A stretch of DNA of 18,116 nt from Candidatus Micrarchaeota archaeon (lineage in GTDB: Archaea; Micrarchaeota; Micrarchaeia; Anstonellales; Anstonellaceae): the NCBI GenBank assembly GCA_043810635.1, contig JBDRNY010000054.1, forward strand, positions 1 through 18,116. The letters run 5' to 3'. Made by a program: the position numbers and the translations under genes. Shown here piece by piece: positions 1-7,822 of this stretch; positions within the stretch are counted from its first letter, which is position 1, and each line of letters begins with the position of its first letter. The notes beneath the pieces are model-generated. The model ran no database searches, was not told the DNA's origin, and saw only the letters and a program-made list of their open reading frames with translations.

Positions 1-105
1 TCCTTCGGACACATACGGCAAACAAGTTTGCCGCCTTCATTTTGCTTCGCAAAATGGGGCCCTTTTTTCGGTTCGCCGAAAAAACGGGATTTGAACCCAC
101 AGCCT
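1..105. repeat. Partial tRNA T-arm copy followed by an array of short palindromes
   Basis: 87-105 matches 203-221 at 18 of 19 nt. Perfect stems lie at 16-33 (CGGCAAA/TTTGCCG), 38-56 (CATTTTGC/GCAAAATG) and 63-84 (TTTTTTCGG/CCGAAAAAA). A truncated hairpin at 1-10 resembles 151-161. Confidence 0.85.
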
Positions 106-128
106 GATATTTAGAAGAAAAATTTTAA

Positions 129-204
129 CGGGCTTGGCAGGTGTTACATGTCCTTGCGGACATGACACCCCCAACCCCTCGGCTAACGCCTCGGGCTTGG
201 CAGG
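129..204. repeat. 13-bp direct repeat of the tRNA 3' end flanking a 50-nt double-hairpin spacer
   Basis: CGGGCTTGGCAGG occurs exactly at 129-141 and 192-204. The spacer holds a CATGTCC/GGACATG stem (147-164, extended by GGTGT/ACACC) and CCC-TC-GGC-TAAC-GCC-TC-GGG (176-195). Confidence 0.9.
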
Positions 205-266
205 ATTTGAACCCACAACCTCCTGGTCCGAAGCCAAGCGCTCTATCCAAGTTGAGCTACAAGCCC
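192..266 (-). tRNA. tRNA-Arg (anticodon TCG)
   Basis: The reverse complement folds as a full cloverleaf: GGGCTTG-TA-GCTC-AACTTGGATA-GAGC-G-CTTGG-CT(TCG)GA-CCAGG-AGGTT-GTGGG-TTCAAAT-CCTGC-CAAGCCC-G. CCA is not encoded. A second copy of the last 13 nt at 129-141 means the true 3' end could be 129 if 63 nt are excised. Confidence 0.95.
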
Positions 267-291
267 GTGCTAATTATCTGCCTTCCTATGC

Positions 292-304
292 TTTTATTTA
301 TATA
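292..304. promoter_or_regulatory. Putative TATA box serving the divergent tRNA and AAA+ genes
   Basis: TTTTATTTATATA lies about 25-35 nt from the tRNA 5' end (266, minus strand) and about 22-34 nt upstream of ATG 326 (plus strand), which is typical archaeal spacing. Confidence 0.55.
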
Positions 305-325
305 CTCTGCCAAACTTTCTTCATT

Positions 326-2209
326 ATGCAAAAGCAGGCTAAAGAGCTGAAATCACTCTCTTCCCAGAAATTAAAAGCGGCAGCAATGACGCTTCAGGAA
401 AACCAATCCCTTTGGCCAGCAATCCTCATAACAATAGGCTCATTTTTCATTCTTTCAGCAATTCCTTTCTACGGATTAATTGTTTCTTTGTTTATTGCAT
501 TAATATGCGGCATCTCCGGATATTTCAACCCTAAAATAGGAACCGCTTTTTCATTATTATTTGTTATTCCCGCATTTGTATTCCAATCCCCTGCATTTGC
601 ATGGGTTTATGTATTAATAGCAATAGGGGCGGCATTATTTGAATTAAAAGAAAACTGGATATTTTTCCCCATATTGCAAATTGCAATATTTGCCCCCTTT
701 TCCCCAATTCCTTTTGCAGGCATACTCACCTACCTCGCCCTCGCCCTCGGAGCGCTCCACCTCGGCTCCCGCCGCTCATTATATATTTCAATTCCGGCAA
801 TTTTTTTCATCCTCCTCCTATCCACTTTATGGCTGGATACAAATTCAGCTTTTCTTCCCACCCTTTCATTAGAAAATTATGCGCCGGCGCAAGAATTTGT
901 TTCAAGAGCCAATTTTCCCCCCCCTTCAATGCTGAATATAATACCGCAGGGAATTTCCTCAATATTTTCAATGGTTTCATGGGATTCTCTTTCAAAAGTG
1001 CCCCCTGCATTAGGCAAATTATTTGAAAATATATTCAAATTATTGCTTCAAGACTCGCTTGCAATACAATTAATCTGCTGGGGGGCGGCATGCTTTGCAA
1101 TTGCCTACCTTTCTGCAAAAATAAGCAATAATTTCAAGCAGGGAATTGCAGGCATTGCACTATTAATTATAATATTGGGAAATTTGGCAATTTCTGCAAT
1201 ATATAGTACAGCATTTGATTTTACACCTATTATATATGCATTAATTGCAATTGCAATAATTTTTGAATTGGATTTTCTTAAAATAGACATTTCCACAGAG
1301 CATGAAATAGTTTCTGCCCAAAAAAGCAAAAAATTCGGAAAATTCGGGGAGCAAGATATGACTGAAGGGGGAGGGCCTTCTTCTTTGAATGATGTGGGCG
1401 GATATGGGGATGTAAAAGAAGAATTATTGGATGCAATAGCTTCCCCGTTAAAAAGAAAAGATATTTCACTTGCTTATAATCTAAAGCCCGCATCCGGTAT
1501 TTTATTATTCGGCCCGCCAGGCACAGGAAAAACAATGTTAATAAGCGCTTTGGCAAAAGAATTGGGAATGGGCTTTTATAATGTAAAATGCTCTGACTTG
1601 CTTTCCTCATGGTTTGGTGAATCCGAGAGAAATGTTGCTGAATTGTTTAAAAAAGCAAGGGAACGTGCGCCTTGCATATTATTTTTCGACGAAATAGATG
1701 CATTGGCAAAAAGCAGGGACAAATTTATTGCAGATGATGTAGGCCCCCGGGTGTTAAGCGTAATGCTTTCCGAGATGGACGGATTTAAGAAAAAGAAATC
1801 AAAGCCTGTTATTATAATAGGCGCAACAAACGCGCCCCACCAGCTTGATGCGGCAATAATGCGCCCGGGCAGGCTTGACAAAATAATTTACATGCACCTT
1901 CCTGATGCAGAAGCAAGAAAAGCAATATTCAAAATACACTCTTCAAAAATTCCGCTTGCAAATGATATTGATTTTTCCTCCCTTGTAAATATGACTGAGA
2001 GATATTCCGGCGCAGACATTGCAAATATAGTAAATGAAGCAGTGCGTTTGGCAGCAAGGGAAGCAAGAGCTAAAAATAAAATAATTCCTATTTCACAAAA
2101 ACATTTTCTATCTGTGCTTAAGAGGATAAGGCCTTCCACCACCGAGAAGGCAATTGCATTTTATGAGCAATTTAAGCAAGACTTCGAGAGAAGCGTGAGA
2201 GGGGTATAA
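326..2209 (+). CDS. Polytopic membrane protein fused to a C-terminal classical-clade AAA+ ATPase (Cdc48/Vps4-like)
   Basis: Roughly ten hydrophobic segments in the N-terminal half, then Walker A GPPGTGKT (1511-1534), pore loop SWFGESE, Walker B ILFFDEID and SRH GATNAPHQLDAAIMRPGRLD. The start was moved from TTG 134, which overlaps the tRNA, to ATG 326. ATG 386 is an alternative. Confidence 0.9.
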   Translation: MQKQAKELKSLSSQKLKAAAMTLQENQSLWPAILITIGSFFILSAIPFYGLIVSLFIALICGISGYFNPKIGTAFSLLFVIPAFVFQSPAFAWVYVLIAIGAALFELKENWIFFPILQIAIFAPFSPIPFAGILTYLALALGALHLGSRRSLYISIPAIFFILLLSTLWLDTNSAFLPTLSLENYAPAQEFVSRANFPPPSMLNIIPQGISSIFSMVSWDSLSKVPPALGKLFENIFKLLLQDSLAIQLICWGAACFAIAYLSAKISNNFKQGIAGIALLIIILGNLAISAIYSTAFDFTPIIYALIAIAIIFELDFLKIDISTEHEIVSAQKSKKFGKFGEQDMTEGGGPSSLNDVGGYGDVKEELLDAIASPLKRKDISLAYNLKPASGILLFGPPGTGKTMLISALAKELGMGFYNVKCSDLLSSWFGESERNVAELFKKARERAPCILFFDEIDALAKSRDKFIADDVGPRVLSVMLSEMDGFKKKKSKPVIIIGATNAPHQLDAAIMRPGRLDKIIYMHLPDAEARKAIFKIHSSKIPLANDIDFSSLVNMTERYSGADIANIVNEAVRLAAREARAKNKIIPISQKHFLSVLKRIRPSTTEKAIAFYEQFKQDFERSVRGV

Positions 2210-2272
2210 AAAACTGCGATATAATCCTTTAAACTGTTTTATAAGTATATAAATAGCCCCCCCTCATTTTCA

Positions 2273-2343
2273 GGCTGTTTTTACGACGTGAGCATTTTGC
2301 CCTTCCTCGTACTTTCCAAATTTATCGTCGTAAGAAATATGCC
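2273..2343 (+). ncRNA. Candidate small structured RNA or upstream leader element
   Basis: An 11-bp stem at 2278-2288/2326-2336 includes a G-U pair that favours the plus strand. It lies downstream of TATA-like TATATAAATA (about 2246-2255), and its loop is complementary to 2530-2558. No known family was recognised. Confidence 0.35.
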
Positions 2344-2462
2344 CCCCTTCATGCTATATTATTTAATACAACACTTTTTCGCTTCCTGCCATACCACCAA
2401 TTCGACAATTTACGTAATTTAATATTTTATTTATAAACAAAAGTTTATTTGTACTCTAAACA

Positions 2463-2651
2463 TTTAAATAAATTGCTAATTGTCAATGTTCTATTCCTAT
2501 GAATAAGCCCACGTGAGGGCTTCGAGGATGGGGTACGAGGAAAAAATATGGGGCAAGAAGATAGGTTTGTCGTCGATAATCTTTATGCAATGTGCCCTAT
2601 TATACTAAAGGCGACGAACAAGAAACAAACACCAGATTGAGGTGAAATTAA
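2463..2651 (+). promoter_or_regulatory. Promoter, long structured 5' leader and RBS of the S-layer gene
   Basis: TTTAAATA at 2463-2470, a hairpin at 2505-2522, a long hairpin at 2565-2619, and Shine-Dalgarno GAGGTGA at 2639-2645, 6 nt before ATG 2652. Confidence 0.65.
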
Positions 2652-5564
2652 ATGAAAGGAGTAAACGCATCGAAGATTGTAACACTTGCGGCAGGCGCCG
2701 TATTGCTATGTTCTTCGGCTATCGCAGCTACCGCATCTTATGAAAATGTGGAGCTTGTGAGTCCAAGTGGCCAAGTAAACGCCAAGATTGTGGTCGGTTC
2801 CAGCGCCCAAATCTCTGACGGAATTGCTGCTGCAAATATTGCATCAGTTTTGGCCAACTACGCCTACAAGAGCTCAACCCTCTATGCAGAGCTAAGCGGC
2901 GAGCCAACGTGCTCAGCCACTGGCACAATTAGCGGGGCAGGCACTTGTGAGGTGTCCAATGAAAAAGTAACTATTGAAATTACGGTGCCAGGCGAGATCG
3001 CAAATGCGCATCAGTTTAAAACATTAATAACTGATACCATTGACCGAACTTTGGCAAACCGAAACAGCACAAAGTCTGAAGACCACTACAATGCGAGCAT
3101 GGGTACAAATGATGTAAACACTGTGCTCTCTCCATTAAGGTCTTATTCAGAAAACACAGCCTCTGCTTCTAGATTATACAGAATCAGCGGCAGTCAATTT
3201 TCTGGATTTAAAGACAAAGTGGTAACAGACCCGCAAGCAGGCGCTGACTTTGCCTACACAGCCGAGCAAGGCTTTTGGGTAGGTTCGTCAGTTGATGCTG
3301 TTGTCTATGACTCAGGCAGTGCCTACAGGCAGATTGTTGCAAAGCCAAGAATTGCTGCATATAATATAAGATTCTTGGGCAATGACTACGGCATTCCGTT
3401 CTGTACCCAGGTCAACCAGACCTCTGCAGACGGAGACTGGAGATGGTGCACATCAGACACTTCATCCCAGTACCGAACTGACAACCACAGAGTAAAGATT
3501 CCGTTCCTTGGAAGCGAATGGATTATTTCCTCTATGTCTTTGCCATCAACCGTTCTTGCAAGCGCAACCAACGCAACAAGCGGCGGGCAAGTAAAGCTTG
3601 CAAAAGAAGCCAAGTACGACATTATCAATGTCGGCGGAGTCATTGACGGAGGCGACTTTAAGGTTCGCCTTGCGGACATTTCGGTTGCAACCGGTGCTGC
3701 AAACATCCACCCTGCAATCCTTGATGTCTTAGACGCAAATGATGCAGTTGTAGGTCAAGTTCAGGTAAACCCTGGTGACACATACACCTTTACCCAGTCT
3801 TCCACAGGGAAGACAATAAAGGTTCACGTGTACCGAACTGCGCCTGGTTTCACACTAAGCGCAAAATGGGCTGAAATTGCCATCTACACTGATGAAATTA
3901 CATTGCAGGACGGACAGAGGTACAACCTTGTTTCCTCAGGTGATGCCAACTATAATTGGAAAGTTGAGCTTGGCTGGAAGAACCGAGACTGGACCAGTGC
4001 GGCATCCTCAAACAACTCAGACTCTTTAAGGGAAATTGTCCTCTATGACGAGGATTCATTTATCGGCAAGAAAATGGTTGCCGGTGATATATACAACTTC
4101 CCGAAAGAGGACACTGGCTTTAGGATGACATACAATGGCCTTGACCTCACTGACAGCGACTATGTGCCTGTAACCATCACTGCACTGACATCAACCGACT
4201 ACCCGGTGTCTAATGCATCCAGCAGCGCTGACTGCACAGACACTGCAAACAGAATAACATACAATGCCAGGTTGCTTCAGTTTAAGACTGATGGGAACTA
4301 CTTCGGTGGCTCAACTTCCAACTTGATTGGGAACTACAGGCTTGACGCCTTCTACTATGACCCAGTCGGCGGTGTATCCAACGTCTCTGCTGGTCCACAG
4401 CGGGACTGTGATGGTGCTGGAACAGTTTGTTCTGACACCCTTTGGTCAGCCTCAACTGCGTTCGGAAACTTCTCAATTGACACTGGGGCAAGCAGATATA
4501 ACGGCACTCAGGCATACCGATTCCCGGAACTGTACATAAACGCATCTGTAACCGGCTGGGCACCTGCAATTCTTTACAGGCCATCTGGATTCAGTTGTTA
4601 CATCAACAAGAGTGTAACCACTTTAACTGTTGGTGTAGCCAATCAGCCAACAGGTGCTACGATGCCTATGAATTCAACAAACACTGTTGCGTTTGACACT
4701 GCCGGAGCTGATTCTGGTGCATACGGTATGTTTATCTTCAGCAACTACACCACTAGGTTTGGTCCGTCTGGAGTAAACAGCACGTTCTTCTACCAGGAAG
4801 ATGCGGGCAAGAATGACACCACATCACATGTGCCTGTGTTCTTGCAGCTGCCGTTCATCAACAGCTCTGACACTTGGAGATTCAGAAGCACTGACTCTTC
4901 AACTGCCACAGTGTACTACCACGGTATCCGAGATTCCGTCGCAACCGCTACAACTGGTTGGACTGCATACGAACCAACACTTGTTACTGAGAGAGGTTCG
5001 AAGGTGACATCAGTTGGAACAACTGACATTGCCTTGCAGGTAGCAAACAAGATCGGCATGCCAGCATTCACATTCTCTTATGCGGACGCAGAGCTCGCAG
5101 ATTCTGGTGAGCTTTGGGAAGCAGAAGAGGGTGATGAAAAAACCTTGTCCAACGGCATAAAGCTGAAGGTTAAGTCTATTGACCAAACCGTCGGCTCATG
5201 CGTTGCAAGCACAGGTGAGGGCGCAACGCCTTCATGCACTGTCAACACGGACCCGGTAACTGCAAAGATTATGCCAAACAACGCTGCTTCTGTCCAAGTC
5301 ATAGAATCCTATGACATCAGACAGGCAAGCGATTTGGTTATATTCGACGCAGAAGCTGGTAGTGCAGGCGGTGTAGTTGTTACTGTCGGCGGGCCTATTG
5401 TCAACTCAGTAACTGCAGATGTGTTGCAGGACGCAAACGTCGACTTCGACGTTACAAACGTCTATGTGAAAGCATTTGGCTCCAAGATTGTGGTTGCAGG
5501 AAAGACTGCAGCAGACACAATGGCGGCAGCTGATGAATTCATCAACGCATTGCAGAAGAGCTAA
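2652..5564 (+). CDS. S-layer (glyco)protein with Methanococcales/Thermococcales/DPANN-type N- and C-terminal domains
   Basis: Signal peptide; N-terminal motif IVVGSSAQISDGIAAANIA; C-terminal motifs VVTVGGPIVNSVT and IVVAGKTAADTMAAA. The middle is Ser/Thr/Asn-rich with about 16 N-x-S/T sequons (manual count). Strong RBS and terminator. Confidence 0.92.
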   Translation: MKGVNASKIVTLAAGAVLLCSSAIAATASYENVELVSPSGQVNAKIVVGSSAQISDGIAAANIASVLANYAYKSSTLYAELSGEPTCSATGTISGAGTCEVSNEKVTIEITVPGEIANAHQFKTLITDTIDRTLANRNSTKSEDHYNASMGTNDVNTVLSPLRSYSENTASASRLYRISGSQFSGFKDKVVTDPQAGADFAYTAEQGFWVGSSVDAVVYDSGSAYRQIVAKPRIAAYNIRFLGNDYGIPFCTQVNQTSADGDWRWCTSDTSSQYRTDNHRVKIPFLGSEWIISSMSLPSTVLASATNATSGGQVKLAKEAKYDIINVGGVIDGGDFKVRLADISVATGAANIHPAILDVLDANDAVVGQVQVNPGDTYTFTQSSTGKTIKVHVYRTAPGFTLSAKWAEIAIYTDEITLQDGQRYNLVSSGDANYNWKVELGWKNRDWTSAASSNNSDSLREIVLYDEDSFIGKKMVAGDIYNFPKEDTGFRMTYNGLDLTDSDYVPVTITALTSTDYPVSNASSSADCTDTANRITYNARLLQFKTDGNYFGGSTSNLIGNYRLDAFYYDPVGGVSNVSAGPQRDCDGAGTVCSDTLWSASTAFGNFSIDTGASRYNGTQAYRFPELYINASVTGWAPAILYRPSGFSCYINKSVTTLTVGVANQPTGATMPMNSTNTVAFDTAGADSGAYGMFIFSNYTTRFGPSGVNSTFFYQEDAGKNDTTSHVPVFLQLPFINSSDTWRFRSTDSSTATVYYHGIRDSVATATTGWTAYEPTLVTERGSKVTSVGTTDIALQVANKIGMPAFTFSYADAELADSGELWEAEEGDEKTLSNGIKLKVKSIDQTVGSCVASTGEGATPSCTVNTDPVTAKIMPNNAASVQVIESYDIRQASDLVIFDAEAGSAGGVVVTVGGPIVNSVTADVLQDANVDFDVTNVYVKAFGSKIVVAGKTAADTMAAADEFINALQKS

Positions 5565-5575
5565 GTTGGTTAAAT

Positions 5576-5621
5576 TCGGAAAAAGGTAAAACTTTTTCCG
5601 ATCCCCTATTTTTTTATTTTT
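5576..5621 (+). terminator. Hairpin plus T-tract after the S-layer gene
   Basis: Perfect 10-bp stem TCGGAAAAAG (5576-5585) / CTTTTTCCGA (5592-5601) with a 6-nt loop, followed by T-rich tracts. Confidence 0.8.
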
Positions 5622-5727
5622 CAAAAACCCTAATTTCAATGCCAGAAAAGAAAACTTAATTTGGGAAATTTAATCTGAAAAAAATTTATTTTCAAAATCA
5701 AAACTCTCCTCGCATTTCAAGCAAACC

Positions 5728-5735
5728 TATATAAA
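5728..5735 (+). promoter_or_regulatory. TATA box of a probable leaderless transcript
   Basis: TATATAAA lies 23-30 nt upstream of ATG 5758, and no SD motif is visible before the start. Confidence 0.6.
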
Positions 5736-5757
5736 TAAACTCCTCCCTTGTTTTTAC

Positions 5758-7812
5758 ATGCGACCAGCATACATAGTTTTCGGCCTATTGCTTCTCTGTA
5801 CTTTGCAGGCGGCATTCAATATTACCGACTATTTATATGATAATGAAGAAAGCTCTATGGTTTCTTCCGAAACTTTGGCAACTTCCGGAGCCACTGTTTA
5901 TATTCTTTATACTATAAACGGAAATCCCACCCTGCTTGCTGCCGACGGGGTTCCTGTGGAAGACCAGGCAGCAGTCCAAAATATTTTGGAGGACCATTAT
6001 TCTTCGTCAGTGCTTCCCTCACAAAGCGAATGGAATGCAATAAAAGAAAACATATTGAAATTTAATGCAAGCAGAAACTACCAGTCAAGATATGGAAAAG
6101 TTGAGGAAACCTGCGTTCGCACAACCGGGCTTGAAATGCACCCCTGCGATGATTTGGCAGAATGCACTGTTACCTCAAACATGGTTTGCGGCCTGTTTTC
6201 AAGCGGAGGCGGCTCAGGAAACTGCTACCCTGAAATTCTTGCCCCCCTTATACTTGACTTTTATAAGCAAGTGAAAATATTTAACAAAGAAATTCCCGCC
6301 TTTATTTCTTTGATTGATTCTGTTAAAATTGAATCAGCAGGGGATTCTATTAATCAAATGAAATCAAAAATAGTGGCGTTAAGAGATGCTGCAAAAGCCC
6401 ATGAAACAAACACTCTCCGCTTTCCTGAAAATGAATATTGCGCAGACTGCATAGGCCTTTGCCCTGCCCCTAACTTTGACCACACCTCCCTTGACACTGC
6501 AGAAGACCAGCTTGGGGCAATTGCAGCCCGCCTCGGCCCAATAACCTCCCTCCCCACCACTTCAAAACAAATAGCAGAAAACACTGCAGACAGGTTAAAA
6601 TTCAGGAAAGGAAAGGCATTGAAAGCTGTCTGGAGCCCGCAATGGGAAGAATTCAAAACAGAAAATTCTATGCTAAAAGACGAGATAGCCGAACTTTCAA
6701 TATATGTTGCAGACACTGATTTTGTTTCAGATTATGAAAGCTTTAACCAGAATTGGGAATCTATGGAAAACAGAATGATAAGCATGGATTTTGAAGGCGT
6801 TGAAGCCAACATGTCTGCATTGCAAGACCTTGTTCCGAAAATGAAATTATATCTTGAAGGCGGAGCAAAGCCTTACCAGGAAATGATGGCAGCATCAGAC
6901 GAGGCAACAGACGCCCTTATTTATGCAAGATGGAATGTAAGAAAAGAAGATGAAAATTCTATTGCTACATATAATTTGCTCGCCCAAAAGAAAAATGAAA
7001 TAGATGCATCTTATACACCCCCCATGAAATCAGGGGAATATGAAATATTGACAGAGCAATATCTTGCCCTTGTTGACGAAAGCGAGGCATTCGTCTCTTC
7101 GCAAAAACATCTTAGCGAAACCCTCAACCCCGGCGGGCCATTCGGGCAGGCAACAATAAACGCAGTATTTTACCTCACAGACGCGCTTTATGTAATGCCT
7201 TCTTCCCAGCGCACCCAGTTTGCGCCCCTCATCCCTCCCGCAGTTTTGTTTTTGATTGACTTGGCAATAGTTTCAATAGGGCTTGTAGTTTTTGTCGGCG
7301 CAATACTGAAATTCAGGCATGCATTCTCAAAAAGAGCAATTCTCGGCGCATGGGTCGCGCTCCTCTTTGTATTTCTTTTCATTATCGGAGTGGGCTCTGT
7401 AGGCATGTTTATTTCAATAGACATGTCTGCAAAATCCGGCACTTTGGAAGATTTTACAAATGTTATTGATGATTCAAATGCGGTTTATGTGGGAATAGAC
7501 CAGGGAGGGGCAGACTCTGAAACAATAAATTCAATGTCTTCATGCGCACAAAACATTTCAGGGCAGGTGTATTCTGAATTTGGAAAGCCTGTTGAAGTGT
7601 TTGAATTTTCCGGGGAGTCTTGCATATGGGAAGGCTCAAGCTCTTCCCTTGAAGACTGCCTTACAAGGGCGGGCGTCGAGCCTGTAATTTATCTGCATTA
7701 CAGCCAAACCCCCTCAGACCCGCAATTTTATGTTGTATACCAGAAAGAGGCGCAAATATCCGGCAATAAGGGATATTTTGACAGGTGCGAAATCGGGGAT
7801 GTATTAAATTAA
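5758..7812 (+). CDS. Hypothetical exported membrane protein (signal peptide, Cys-rich helical ectodomain, two TM helices, C-terminal domain)
   Basis: 684-aa ORF with an N-terminal hydrophobic signal, eight clustered Cys and long amphipathic helices. Two TM segments are separated by a basic loop (KFRHAFSKR), and the C-terminal domain has four Cys. Confidence 0.85.
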   Translation: MRPAYIVFGLLLLCTLQAAFNITDYLYDNEESSMVSSETLATSGATVYILYTINGNPTLLAADGVPVEDQAAVQNILEDHYSSSVLPSQSEWNAIKENILKFNASRNYQSRYGKVEETCVRTTGLEMHPCDDLAECTVTSNMVCGLFSSGGGSGNCYPEILAPLILDFYKQVKIFNKEIPAFISLIDSVKIESAGDSINQMKSKIVALRDAAKAHETNTLRFPENEYCADCIGLCPAPNFDHTSLDTAEDQLGAIAARLGPITSLPTTSKQIAENTADRLKFRKGKALKAVWSPQWEEFKTENSMLKDEIAELSIYVADTDFVSDYESFNQNWESMENRMISMDFEGVEANMSALQDLVPKMKLYLEGGAKPYQEMMAASDEATDALIYARWNVRKEDENSIATYNLLAQKKNEIDASYTPPMKSGEYEILTEQYLALVDESEAFVSSQKHLSETLNPGGPFGQATINAVFYLTDALYVMPSSQRTQFAPLIPPAVLFLIDLAIVSIGLVVFVGAILKFRHAFSKRAILGAWVALLFVFLFIIGVGSVGMFISIDMSAKSGTLEDFTNVIDDSNAVYVGIDQGGADSETINSMSSCAQNISGQVYSEFGKPVEVFEFSGESCIWEGSSSSLEDCLTRAGVEPVIYLHYSQTPSDPQFYVVYQKEAQISGNKGYFDRCEIGDVLN

Positions 7813-7822
7813 AAAATTAAAG

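Noticed and set aside
1..204. Possible CRISPR array suggested by repeats and palindromes
   Set aside because: The repeats are tRNA-derived, occur only twice each and have no regular repeat-spacer period. No cas genes are present in the window.
134..325. N-terminal 64-codon extension of the AAA+ ORF, and ORFs 37..237 and 141..350
   Set aside because: They overlap the tRNA and hairpin region. GC-rich structured sequence explains the open frames, and the TATA position supports ATG 326.
2210..2651. Known ncRNA (SRP RNA, RNase P RNA, 5S rRNA or a known riboswitch) in the long intergenic region
   Set aside because: I could not find their hallmark motifs by eye and the region is too AT-rich overall. 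It is kept only as an unclassified candidate pending an Rfam search.
2652..5564. S-layer gene looks more GC-rich than its flanks, suggesting horizontal transfer
   Set aside because: The shift is explained by Ala/Gly/Thr-rich composition and C-ending codons (AAC, TAC, TTC, GAC) typical of highly expressed genes. No mobility signatures are present.
6436..6465. CADCIGLCP resembling a 4Fe-4S ferredoxin motif
   Set aside because: It has only three of the four Cys of CxxCxxCxxxCP and lies in a signal-peptide-exported domain, so disulfides are more likely.
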